Assembly (NCBI GenBank): GCA_963693365.1
Contig: CAVNZM010000004.1
Span: 5,768,564 to 5,832,563, forward strand
From: Amoebidium appalachense
Taxonomy: Eukaryota > Protista > Ichthyosporea
DNA: 64,000 nucleotides
Direction: 5' to 3'
This document shows, in pieces, positions 33,836 to 45,510 of this stretch (position 1 is its first letter; every line of letters begins with the position of its first letter). A model generated the notes under the pieces. It did not search any database. It was given only the letters and a program-made list of their open reading frames with translations, and was not told the origin of the DNA. The translations under genes and the position numbers were made by a program.

Positions 33836-35537
33836 ATGGGCAGCAGCCACAGCGCAGGCCGCAAGGGCAGCCACAGTATGACGGCCGGCAGCGACGGCGG
33901 GGCGACCCCGCTGGGCTCGGCCAGCGGCAATGACCTGCAACCCCCACGGCGGGTGCGCAGCTTTGGCCATGCGCTGGGCAGCGTGGCCCGGCGGCAGGGC
34001 AGCGTCAAGGCCAGCCAGTCCAGCCAGTCCGTGCAGACCGTGCGTTCCAGCAACTCGCTGCACGCCCTGCACCGCCACAGCCTCAGGCACGTGCAGACCG
34101 GGGGCAGGGGGGAGGCAGGCCGCTGACGGGGGATGGGCCGTGCAGGCTGGGCAGCTTTGGGGGCAACCACAGCAACAGTGAGAGCTGGCAGGTGCTTACG
34201 GAGCTGGCCAACGAGCCGGGGTTCAAGTACGACCTGACGCAGTTTGAAATCCTCAAGCAGATCGGCTCGGGTGCGTTTGGGCGGGTGCTGCTGTGCAAGC
34301 ACACGCTGACGGGGCAGAAGGTGGTGCTCAAGACCATCGAGAAGACGCACGTGGTGCGCACCAAGCAGCTGCACCACCTGCGGGAGGAGCGCAACGCCCT
34401 GCGCGCCCTGAGCGAGCACCACTGCCCCTTTGTCGTCCACACCATGGGCTGCTTCCAGGTCCGACCCCTGCCCCCCTCCCTCCCTGCCCCAAGTGCTGGG
34501 CCACTGATCGCAGCGTGCAGGACGAAAAGAACATTTACTTCGTCATGGAGCACGTGCCCGGGGGTGAGCTATTTGCCCACCTGCGGGCCTCCAGCAATAA
34601 GCATTTCAGCGAAAAGCGGGCGCGCTTCTACGTGTCTGAGGCCGTGTTGGCCCTGCAGCACATGCACGAGAAGGTGTGTCCTGTGCCCAGGGGTCCAGGG
34701 GGGGGGGGGGGGGGGGCAACCTGACAGTGTGAGGGCACAGGAGCACATGGTGTACCGGGACATCAAGCCCGAAAACATGCTGCTGGACGAGCGGGGCCAC
34801 CTGCGGATAGTGGACTTTGGCTTTGCCAAGCAGCTGGACACGGACGAGCGCACCTACACGTTCTGCGGCACCCCTGACTACCTGGCCCCAGAGGTGGTCA
34901 CCGGCAAGGGCAGCAGCCGCGAGGCCGACTACTGGGCCCTGGGTGGGTGCCCGGGGAGGGGGTGGGATGGGGGGGGGGGGGGGGGGGGGGTTCCTGACTG
35001 GGCTGCACAGGGGTGCTCACGTACGAGCTTCTGGTGGGGCATGCACCGTTCATGACGGTGGACGCCAAGGGGCGCACGACGTACAAGGACATCCTGGCCG
35101 GCAAGATGCAGTTTCCCCGGTTTGTGGGGCCCACGGCGCGGGACTTCATCTCGCGGCTGGTGGTGGTGGACCCTGCGCAGCGGCTGGGCCACGAGGGGGG
35201 CCTGGAGGCCGTCAAGGCACACGCGTGGTTTGCCGGCACGGACTGGGAGGCGCTGCGGCGCATGGAGACAAAGGCCCCGCGCCTGCACAAGTTCAAGAAG
35301 GGCACGGTCAACCTGCAGCCCCCCAGCGACCCCCGGCAGCAGGGGCCCGACGGCAGCGGGCTGGACGAGGAGACCCGACGCTACTTCAGCACGTTCGACT
35401 TTGTGCTGCGCCAGGACCAGGCCGGGGCCCAGCCGCACATGGCCGGCATAGCCGAGGAGGGCGCCCAGCTACGCCTGTCGGGCGATGGCCGGCCACAGTT
35501 CTTCATCGAGGGCGAAAACGAGGAGGACTCAACGTAG
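33836..35537 (+). CDS. PKA-catalytic-subunit-like AGC kinase, 5 coding exons
   Basis: IGSGAFGRVLL, E.VPGGELFAHLR, YRDIKPENMLLD..GHLRIVDFGFAK, RTYTFCGTPDYLAPEV, ADYWALGVLTYE. N-terminus MGSSHS. First intron 34087-34145 is GC-AG. Ends in TAG. Confidence 0.93.
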
Positions 35538-35637
35538 CAGTGGGACGTATGCCATGCATGTATGCACGCGTAGGAGCGCCCTGGCCCTGTCATTTCACGA
35601 AACTAGCGCCCTGGGCTTTTTTGTTTTCCTGTTAGTT

Positions 35638-35668
<31 letters not shown>

Positions 35669-35741
35669 GGTTTAACGACCATGGATGTTGTCAGCAGTGG
35701 GATAGAAGAAAAGCTGACTGTATGTTCCAGCACGTTTACTA

Positions 35742-36360
35742 TACACAAAGGCCTTATGTGATCAAACTCATACACACAGGCCTTATGTGATCAAAATCAT
35801 ACACACAGGCCTTATGTGATCAACTCATACGCACAGGCCTTATGTGATCAAAATCATACACACAGGCCTTATGTGATCCAGGTTATACACACAGGCCTTT
35901 ATGTGATCAAAATCATACACACAGGCCTTATTTGATCCAGGTTATACACACAGGCATTATGTGATCAAAATCATACACACAGGCCTTATGTGATCCAGAT
36001 TATACACACAGGCCTTTATGTGATCAAAATCATACACACAGGCCTTATTTGATCCAGGTTATACACACAGGCATTATGTGATCAAAATCATACACACAGG
36101 CCTTATGTGATCCAGGTTATACACACAGGCCTTATGTGATCCAGGTTATACACACAGGCCTTATGTGATCAAAATCATACACACAGGCATTATGTGATCA
36201 AAATCATACACACAGGCATTATGTGATCAAGCATTATGTGATCAAAATCATACACACAGGCATTATTGATCAAAATCATACACACAGGCATTATGTGATC
36301 AAAATCATACATACAGGCCTTATGTGATTAAAATCATACACACAGGCCTTATGTGATCCA
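35742..36360. repeat. Minisatellite, 29-bp unit (AGGCCTTATGTGATCAAAATCATACACAC), ~21 copies, two interleaved variants
   Basis: Read directly; variants ...gatcaaaatcat... and ...gatccaggttat... Confidence 0.96.
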
Positions 36361-38840
36361 TGGCGGATCATTTGACCACTGTGGCATGGACCCCAACCTT
36401 TTTGGTTTCCCTCTTCCCGCCCAAAGCCAAGGATGTGACATCATTGGGTTGGGGAACCTGTCTTGTTTTGATTTGTCCGCCGGTGCACTTGTACTTGCAA
36501 GCTTCGAGTGTGGCTGCATGGGTGCCCTCGCCTGGCTGCAGCCACATAACACCATGCTGGTGGACATCAGCACGGCCAGTGCACGTGACCTGTGGGCCAT
36601 TCCTCCCACGTGGCCGGGCAGTCCATGGACGCCATTGGCTGTTGGGCCCAGGCCGACCAGCCCCTCCCATTCAGCTATCCTCACCCACCCACCCACCCAC
36701 CCTCACCAACACCACAACCGCCACCACTACCAGGCACATCTTCTGTGGGCAGGTGATTCAATCGGAGGGGATAGAATAGCCAACTGCCATATATGGTAAC
36801 AAAGTCGAACGGGATATCTTCAGGTTGCTGTTAACACTGACAGGATATATGTTGGATAGGCGAGTTCCCTGTTGTGGCTAATACATATATAGATTCCCTG
36901 TGGTCTGTGCCACTGCGCCATTCAGGATGATTCTGATTGTAGGTAATCGGCATGCAGATGTGCTTGCTGTTACAGTGACAGTGGCACTTTGCTGGTATTA
37001 AGTACTAGCTAGCAAAGGCTTCTCCGAGTGTGAAGCCTATCTAAATTTACTGAACTGTTTTGTTGCAATACGGTGCAGCTGTAGCTATAGATCTAGACAT
37101 ATGAATCTACATACGGGGCAATGTGCTGTTTATTAACGACATTTATGTTAAGCGATGATGAGGTGTTGGCACCAAAACCAACAGCATGGCCACTCAACAA
37201 GATACACATGTACAAAACGGCGTTCCAAGATAAAAATCTTTATGTGGAGACATAACGTACAGGACATACATCATATGTGGAGATCATCAGTACTTGTCCA
37301 AATTAATTGTTATGCAGAAAAACGCCCTTTGAGAAAGCTTTTGAGTTGAATTGGTACATATCAGCGGTGGGTTATTAACATATCATAATACCCGTGCTGA
37401 CCCATTGTGCATCCGGGCAGGGGGAACCAGTGACTGGGATGTCAATCTTGACCTATGCTGTATGTGGGGAACCTGGCACACATATATCCATGGCATGTGC
37501 CATTTATAATCGTACACATAAATTGGTCTATTCAACCCAACAGCTTATAATTACCCATGGCCTGTGCTATTTATAATCATACACATAAATTGGTCTATTC
37601 AACTCAACAGCTTATCCATGGCATGTGCAATTTATAATCGTACACATAAATTGGTCTATTCAACTCAACAGCTTATCCATGGCATGTGCTATTTATAATC
37701 GTACACATAAATTGGTCTATTCAACTCATTGGTCTATTCAACTCAAAAGCTTATCCATGGCATGTTCAATTTATAATCGTACACATAAATTGGTCTATTC
37801 AACTCAAAAGATTATCCATGGTATGTGCCACTTATAATCGTACACGTCTACTATTTTATAAAGCAGCATGGCTCAGTGCATCACAATGTGCCTGTCTGTG
37901 TGCGCTGACGGTAAATCGCAGAGCCACCCGGTAGCAATGCCACTTAGGTGGCTAGAGAAGGAATGGCATCTGGCAACGGTATACCGGTCTTTTTCTGTCC
38001 ATCCAGCCGATCCGGATTGGTGGAAATCAGCATCCCATTATGTAATCTGAATGCAGTGCGTGTGCTGCATGTACATGTGCTATGTACAGGCCGCCCTAGG
38101 CCTGATATTGGCCTTTTCTTTTTCTTTCTTCTGAAAGTTTAATGCGGGAAATATCATGACTGTGGTGTGACTGAAGCACACGCGGTTGAGAATCCCTACC
38201 CTATGAACCAATGATATGGATGTAATGATTATCATATATGGATAGCCTAGCTGAGCCCTGATCCCAGAGTACATGTATAACCGTCACTCCTGAGCGGGTC
38301 TCAGTTGTCAGTTGAGATCAGTTGGACACAGGCACACATGAGGTCTTGCATTAAAGATGGGTCACAGGTTGAGACATAACCCGAGACTCTATTAAGAGCA
38401 CATAGCACACATACCACCACAGAGAACCCACCGAGGACCACATACACCCATATAACATAACAATGACTCTTTGTAACACTTTGGTATCTTTTGCGATTCG
38501 TGTTAGCTGACATGGGTGAAGATATGGCTGGCCAGCGCAACAGTTTTCGAAGCCCACTTAAGTGTGCCACCATGCATGGATCTCATGACCTGCGGAGGCA
38601 ATGTGAATATGATTGGCTGAAATACCACTAAGGTGCACAAGTCCACCACTGAGCTTCGTGCTTAATCGACCGCTTTCAGATGCTATTCCTGCCGTCACGC
38701 CCCTTATAGTTATTTTGTGCTTGTATCGCATGAGTGTTTTTTTTTTTGGTGTGGACGACCAGAGGCTACTGTTTGCAAAAGGAAGCACACCGGACACAAA
38801 CATGGCGGTCTGGAACACACATGATTTCCGAACCTGATAA
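36360..38840 (+). mobile_element. Degenerate 5'-truncated LINE ORF2 relic C (best preserved)
   Basis: ORF 36353-36799 has RT motifs in order: DPNLFGF (Q.GFR), SCFDLSAG (D..KAFD), GCMGALAWLQ, WPGSPWTPL (PQGS.LSP), HLLWAGD (YADD). These are followed by LQVAVNTDR, MWRSSVLVQINCY, TGMSILTYAVCGEPG, RLLFYK, and a Cys-containing tail near 38570-38650. Confidence 0.6.
37485..37846. repeat. Minisatellite, 61-bp unit, ~5.5 copies, embedded in LINE relic C
   Basis: ATCCATGGCATGTGCAATTTATAATCGTACACATAAATTGGTCTATTCAACTCAACAGCTT repeats head-to-tail. Confidence 0.95.
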
Positions 38841-38999
38841 TCGCTTCAGTCTAGAAGACTAACCTCCCTCCCACACCTCCTTCTCTAGATCTTCCTCAAT
38901 CGGTACAGGGCCCTGACAACCTGGCAGTGACTCATTGGAAGGTGGGGGGAGAGGGGGGGGGGGGGGGGGACTCATTGGAAGGGGGGGGAGGGGGGGGGG

Positions 39000-39351
39000 G
39001 GAGATGCCTGGGCCATCAAGCTAATGATTGCCAAATGCAACCGGTATCCAGTCATGCTCCCTCAGCCTTCCTCACCCTGCCCACCCTCTGCGCCCTTGCA
39101 ATTGGAAGTCAATGCACTTGAATGCATCATGGCATGTGCAGGGGACTGTCAGGTGCCTGGGATGCCCACCAACATGGGCATGTGCACGTGCCTCTTGCGG
39201 CCGTAAGCAGAGTGCAAGTTCTCATGTGCACGTGCATGTGCTGGGGTAGGTTTAGTAGGCCATGTCAGCAGGGTTATGACCCCCCCCCCCCCCCTCTCCC
39301 CCCCCCCCCCTCCCCCCCCCCCCCCCAAAAAAAAAAAAAAAAAAGGAAAAG

Positions 39352-39403
<52 letters not shown>

Positions 39404-40255
39404 ACGTGGCACACCACTACATGTGTTACACACACACACACGTGACCATGAAGATTGTCCCTGGGGCTCACTGCTGCCGTGGAATCTTTTCATAATGGAT
39501 AAGTTAATAAGTTGATGATGAGGGCTGGGTGAAGGGAAGGTATTTGGCGACTGTCACTCCTTACTGCAGCCGATGCGTCCACAAACCCAGCAGCGGTCTG
39601 TGTGTCCGACCTTGTAGGGCTTGGACGTGCATTGGTACGGCCATACCTGGTGGGTGTGAATGGCGTCGGTGTGCACACCATGCTGGTGCCGTCCGTACCC
39701 AAAAGCACGTTGTGGTATCTGTGCATCGTACATAGCAGTATGTGTACGCACGTGCTGTACGGGGTATATGTGGATCATGCATTCATGTGTGGCAGTGTGT
39801 GCAAACATTTCAATGTTGTGCCACGGTTCAACTTTATTTATCTCTGGCAGGAATATGTGCATTGAGGCCGTGGTGCTGCCGTACGTCACTGCATGTGCAA
39901 AACCCAAGTGTTGGGATTAACCGGATACACCGCATGATATTTTGATTGGTGCCTGCTGTTGGACCAGTGCCTGCCATGCCACCTTTGTTAAGCACACTGT
40001 TTACTCGGGGCATGCAAACGAGACATTGGTGTGTGTGCTTTATTATCCCTGGCGTCACTAGGTACACAGGGCCGAGTACAGGTTGCACATCAACCCCCCC
40101 CCCCCCCACAACACACACCCTTCCAGTCTCCACCCCCACTTTTTCCGCTGCCCCTCTAGATCTACCTTCTTGTCCCAGCGCCCTCCATAAGGGAGTTTGT
40201 CCCCCCTCCCCTTCACCCCCTCCCCCTTCCCCCCCCCCCCCCCCCCCCCCCCCTC

Positions 40256-40289
<34 letters not shown>

Positions 40290-40367
40290 CACCCTTGGAG
40301 GGAGGTCACCCACCGGTTGTCCTCGTTTTTCTGATTCAAACTACCATATAATCTTACGGTGTATAAG

Positions 40368-40402
<35 letters not shown>

Positions 40403-40552
40403 GGCCTCCCGCGTTTTCTTTCCTTATCTCTCTATTGTTGCATTTTCTTTCTGTCTTCCTTTCGAAATCTCTTTCTTTCTTTTGTTTCTTTTTCCTTTCT
40501 TTCTTTGTTTCTTTCTTTCCTTCTTTCTTCCTTATTCTTTTTTTTTTTTTTT

Positions 40553-40583
<31 letters not shown>

Positions 40584-40746
40584 TTAGGGGGGCTCAACGA
40601 CCTGGGGCGCTTGGGCATGGGTGAGGTGCATGGGTGTGTAAGTTTGATTGCGTGCCTGTTTGTATCCGCATGTTGTGTTTGAGTGATAGTTTGTGTTCAA
40701 GATTCGTGTTCGTGCAATTTCCTGAGAAGTCAAGTTTACATACTAT

Positions 40747-40828
<82 letters not shown>

Positions 40829-41183
40829 GCACGCGCACGCGCACGCGCACGCACGCACGCACGCGCGCGCACACACACACATTATAGTGCTGGTATATAT
40901 TGTAGTTTTCCAGGTGTCAATAATACTCGCATGTATTTACAATAATTGGTATAAATTTGGCATATCTCGTGTCAAACCATTTGGCAATGCATTGATGTTG
41001 ACCCAAATGTATGGCTACTCCTCGGTGGTCACCGGGTATAATCATTATCGCTACACGATCGTCACAATTGGAGTGGGTATGTGTTGTGTGAACATGAAAA
41101 ATATCCCGGATTACGCCGTGCTTTTGATCTCCACTCTTTGCCACGTGGGTCTCTTTAGCGTGAGTAATAGATTCGTGAACTAG
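39000..41183 (+). mobile_element. Degenerate LINE ORF2 relic D
   Basis: MLPQPSSPCP...EVNAL..MACAGDCQV (PQGS..SP and ADD-like), FIMDKLIS, GRALVRPYL (thumb L..ALVRP.L), ALMLTQMYGYS...CC....PDYAVLL (C-terminal region). Interrupted by homopolymers and (AC)n. Confidence 0.4.
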
Positions 41184-41310
41184 GAAAAAAAGGGAAAGGG
41201 GGGTAGTATTAAAATATCGACGTCCGTACTCCCCTCCGAGGGAGTGGAGTGTGGGTGTTTGGGGGGGGGGAGGCCCTGGGGGCACCTCCTCCACGTGGTG
41301 GGTGGGTCCG

Positions 41311-41346
<36 letters not shown>

Positions 41347-42065
41347 TTCCGGGAGGAGGCCTGATTAGACGGGGAGACCAAAGGGACCCATCTGAGCCGA
41401 TGGGGTGGTGATCCCCCCCCCTCCCCCCCCCCCCCCCCCCCCCCCCCACGCCGCCCGCCCCCCGCGTGTGCAGGTGCGCGATGGCCAAACATCTCTTTTC
41501 CACCCATCAAAGGCTGTATTGATATTGATCGTTACGGCCAACTACTACAAAATTATGATTTATTGGAGGCAATGTTATCGTGTGCACCGTGCAGTGTTTG
41601 TGTGCGTGTCTGTGTGGCGGGGAATGTATGTGTGTGTGGTGTTGGTGGGTGTCCCTGCATGTTCCAAATGTCGGGTGCACATGCATCGCTGGTTTGCGAG
41701 GGCCTCGTCACGGTGCTTGTGTGGTGCATGTGTGTGCAGGTTTGCGCGGATTCAATATGTGCGAGAATTCTGTGCGTGCACACGTGTATGCGCGGTGGGG
41801 AGACTGAAGACGAGTCTCCGCCAGGCTCAAGAAGGGAGAGGGAGGGGGGAGGGGAGGGGCTTGGAGGGGGGTGGGGGGAGTGGCCGGGGGGTGGGGTGGG
41901 GGGCTCGAGCATTACAGTGCGGTGTAGCCTGAGTTTCAGGTGATCACAGGCGCAAGGACTCTACGTTCTGGGAATGTATGTAAACCGCCGCCGAATCATG
42001 GTATAGGCTCTATGTTCAGGTTATCTAATATATGGTCATGGCAGCCTGTGGGGTGGGTGGGTCTC

Positions 42066-42108
<43 letters not shown>

Positions 42109-42199
42109 CGGGAAGGGGAGGGGGGGGGTTGACCCACCTGTCCAAGGGTGGGGGGTCCCCTCATCTCCCCCCAAAAGTTAATACTACCCCCTCCCTGTT

Positions 42200-43090
42200 A
42201 AAAAAAAATCCCTAAGAGGATCCACAGTAAACTTGCATGTCTTTGCCACCAGTTGGGGTCCCTCGGTCTTTCCCTTCTTTTCATATGTCTTCTCCAATCC
42301 CCTGCTTTCCCTGCTTCTCATTATTGCACTGTCACACACAGTTTCATACACATGCACACACACTCGGGCGGGCGCGCGCATGCATGCACACATGCACGCA
42401 CACGCACGCACGCAAGTAGTTCATCATGTTGCACTTGTCCTCATGTTCTAGAACAATGGGAAAGATGGGACACTATAGCAGCCATCACCTGTGCACCAGA
42501 ACACACAACAAGTCTCATATAAATGGAGGGTAAAACAGATGTGAGATAAAACCGTGCACCAGACCATACAGCGAGGAGCACTGCATTAAACGAGGACCAG
42601 GTAAAGCGTGCGGCCTCATCTTGAGCCTCAGGGTTGTAATTGTTGAAGCGCAGGGCTTTGTCGTTCTGGACCAACACAGCAAGAAAACTTGGGCCACAGC
42701 CACTGGCGGTGAAATGAATGGGTGAGTGAAAAGCTTTGTGCCTCAAACATATCACAGAGAAAAAGCGCAAACGTTTACAAACAACCTCAGCTCTCCACAT
42801 CTAACCACAGCGAGAATGATATTTCCTGCCAGACCAGTTGACGGAGCCTCCGACCGAAACCCAAGATCTGACTAGTTTGCGGATGCCGGAGATCACAGGT
42901 ACATATACAGGTTTGGAAATACTGGAGTAAAGGCATGCAAGAAGATAAACAACACATCTCTCTCGTCTATGTTGACGAGGTTTGTGGAGGTACCACTCTA
43001 ACAGCTTTGTGAGTTCAGAATTCACACCGTAAACATGTCCACAGCGGGTGGTGCCCGTTCTACTACAAGTGACTCTACCCATCCATTATT
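42200..43090 (-). mobile_element. Degenerate LINE RT relic E
   Basis: YGVNSELTKLLEWYLHKPRQ resembles the CR1/L2-type YGI.G.LL.W..SYL..R.Q block. Later LRFFSVICLRHKAF and WSSFNAVLLAVWS fit RT-end and thumb spacing. Confidence 0.35.
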
Positions 43091-43282
43091 CCTCGCAGCC
43101 GGGTGTTTGTGTTATGTGTGCCTGTATGCGTGTGTCTTGGGTTTTCAGCTATATTTTTTTTGAGGTGTCCGCTACTGTACAGGCGTGAAAAACTCGTTCA
43201 GACTTCGACAGTCTGCCATGTGAGCCACACCGGTGCTTGTTACGTAATGCCGCGTCAGCGCCGGGGAGCTGACGCAAGCATC

Positions 43283-43460
43283 ACCAATCGTGCGCATGCC
43301 AATTACAGCATCCAGCCAATCAACACGCTGCGTTTCTAAAGCTTAAACTTCTTATCTCCTCTTCAGCCAATCAGCTTGTTTTGGTTAGCTGCTTGGTGCT
43401 GGTCAGCCAATGGCTGCTCAGCACGGCCAGGGCTCAGCCGGCGCTGCTGGTAATTGGCTG
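43283..43460. promoter_or_regulatory. Cluster of CCAAT-box-like motifs upstream of the IQM gene
   Basis: caccaatc, cagccaatca (twice), cagccaatgg and attggctg all lie within ~180 bp. Confidence 0.4.
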
Positions 43461-44216
43461 CATCAGCAAGGTCCATGTTGGTGCCGTAGCTGCTGCACGC
43501 ACATTGGGCCACACCGCACCATCCATGTTGATATTAGAACCTGAAAGCATCACACAAGCCTTTTATACCGCCAAATACAAGGTTGTGTAGCCAAAAAAGT
43601 GTTAATTTATTAGGACAAATGCCGTAAAACGATCCTAAATAATGGGGCTGAATTTAGTAGTCCGAGCCGCAAGTGGATGCAAATTAAGCTAATAAGTCGA
43701 AGTAATGACCATTAAAGATTGGATAAAAATCTTGCACTGCTGTTGGGCAATGTCTGATCGATTTTGATGACTTGGGTTGCTTGAAGCGGTCGGTACGCAT
43801 TTTTCATCTTGCAGGGTTTTGCGAGTTGCGATGTAATTTTTTTCGTTTTTTTTTTTTTTCTCTGTGCTTGACACACCATCGCATGTATTTTGTAAAACAG
43901 TGGCACACTTTGAAAGCATATAGTTAACATTTGTAAGACCTTTATATTGGCCTAGAAGTTTATATGGTATTCAAAACTAAAGGAGGGTTTCCCTTTTTTT
44001 GCTATCTCGTAGGCTTGAACAGGTTCGTTTAGACGAGGAGTTTTTAAAACACCGCGTGTTTGAGCGATATCATAAAAATATTAGGCCAGTTTAGCGATAT
44101 AAGCAATAGGCTCAAGAGCGTTTTAGATTTTTTGAGAGGAGAACCTACCAGACAAAAAAGTGAACACTTACGGACGAATAAAGCAAGGATTGGACAACAG
44201 CTCTGGCGCCAAACAG

Positions 44217-44738
44217 ATGACAGCCATTATCATGCGAAACACGCCAACATGCGGAGGCATGTTGAGCCTGTCGGCCGTATCGCCGTGGGTAAAGACTGTG
44301 AGTCTAGCACAACTGTGCCTAATGGAATTTCCCAAGCAAACGCCAAGCGCTGTTATGAATACGTGTAAATTGACTCCAAGGGAGAAGTTTCGGAGAGCGG
44401 CACGGGAAACAGCACTTTTCGCTAAGGGCACTCTGAGGGCCAACGGGCTCGCTCGGACACTGGTCACTTCTCACTGGCTGGAAGCAATTGACTCGAAACA
44501 CAGGTAAGAGCTTACAATGTGTGTGGAGATTTTGGTGAATGCATCGCCTTGCTTTGTTGTGCGTCTTTTTGCTGACGGCCTTTTGTACCTATTAAGAAAA
44601 GCGCGAAAAGGTAGCACTGAGAATTGCTTTGTTCTCGCGTGTGGCATGCTCGAGGAAGCTGCAGGGCAGAAGCTGCCGGTTTTTTGGTTTCTCTTCCTTT
44701 TTTTTTTCCCTCTTGTTTTCACCTCTCTTTCCGCTCTC

Positions 44739-44770
<32 letters not shown>

Positions 44771-45510
44771 TTCCCCTCTTTGTTTTTGATTTTTGCCCCG
44801 CAGCTGCCCTGGCCTTTGAATTCCCCCCCCCCCCCCCCCCCCCTCCCCCCCCCTCTTCATACTCTGTTAGCCAAAGGTGGCTTTGCCCTTGCTGTGGTAT
44901 TGTATGTTTGCATCCATTCTTTGTGCTGCTATCCTGCTGACTGTATGGGGTGCACAGATACGGCAGCCTGCTGAAGAAATACTTCAAGCGGTGGCTGGAG
45001 GAGGACACGGACCAGGACTTTTTCTTCTGGCTGGATCACGGCGAGGGCCAGCACTGCAGCATCGACGTGCAGAAGGCCGACAAGTTTATTACGCGCGAGG
45101 ACTTGGAAAACTCCCGGGTCAAGTACTGCACACCTGCCGAGCGAAAGCAGTATGCAACCTCTGTGAAAGGGGATCGTCTGGTTTTTGCTGAAAGCGGAGC
45201 TACAGTGCACACGGCAGACGGTGTTTGGATATTTGTCATGGACCCGCAGGGCACATTGTATGTTGCCCCCAAGCAACGCGGCAATTTCCACCACTCCAGC
45301 TTTTTGGCCGGTGGACCCACACTGGCTGCAGGGCGACTGACGGTGGATGACGGGGTCATAACATCTCTGGAGGCACACTCGGGCCACTACCGGCCGGAGC
45401 GCAGACACTTTGAGGCACTGCTAGCACGCCTCTCAGAAGTGGGCCTGGATTTGTCCCGCGTGCAGGTCGATTGGAGCATTCTTGAGCACAACAAGCGAAA
45501 GGCAACGTAG
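44217..45510 (+). CDS. IQM-family (plant/fungal IQ-motif-containing-like) protein, 2 exons; start codon uncertain
   Basis: HWLEAIDSKHR/YGSLLKKYFKRWL...QDFFFWLDHGEG...R..LENSRVKYCTPAERKQY...WIFVMD....LYVAPKQRGNFHHSSFLAGGPTLAAGRL...G.ITSLEAHSGHYRP are hallmark IQM motifs. One GT-AG intron (~44504-44958). Ends in TAG. Confidence 0.9.

Noticed and set aside
36350-39900. Minus-strand multi-exon gene with in-frame TAA codons, suggesting stop-codon reassignment
   Set aside because: Confirmed genes end in TAA, TAG and TGA normally and have no in-frame stops. The region is better explained as the antisense of plus-strand LINE relics.
43590-44180. DNA transposon or LTR bounded by CAAAAAAGTG...GGAC.AAT repeats
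   Set aside because: The similarity is short, in direct orientation and AT-rich, with no TSD, TIR or coding remnant. Not enough support.
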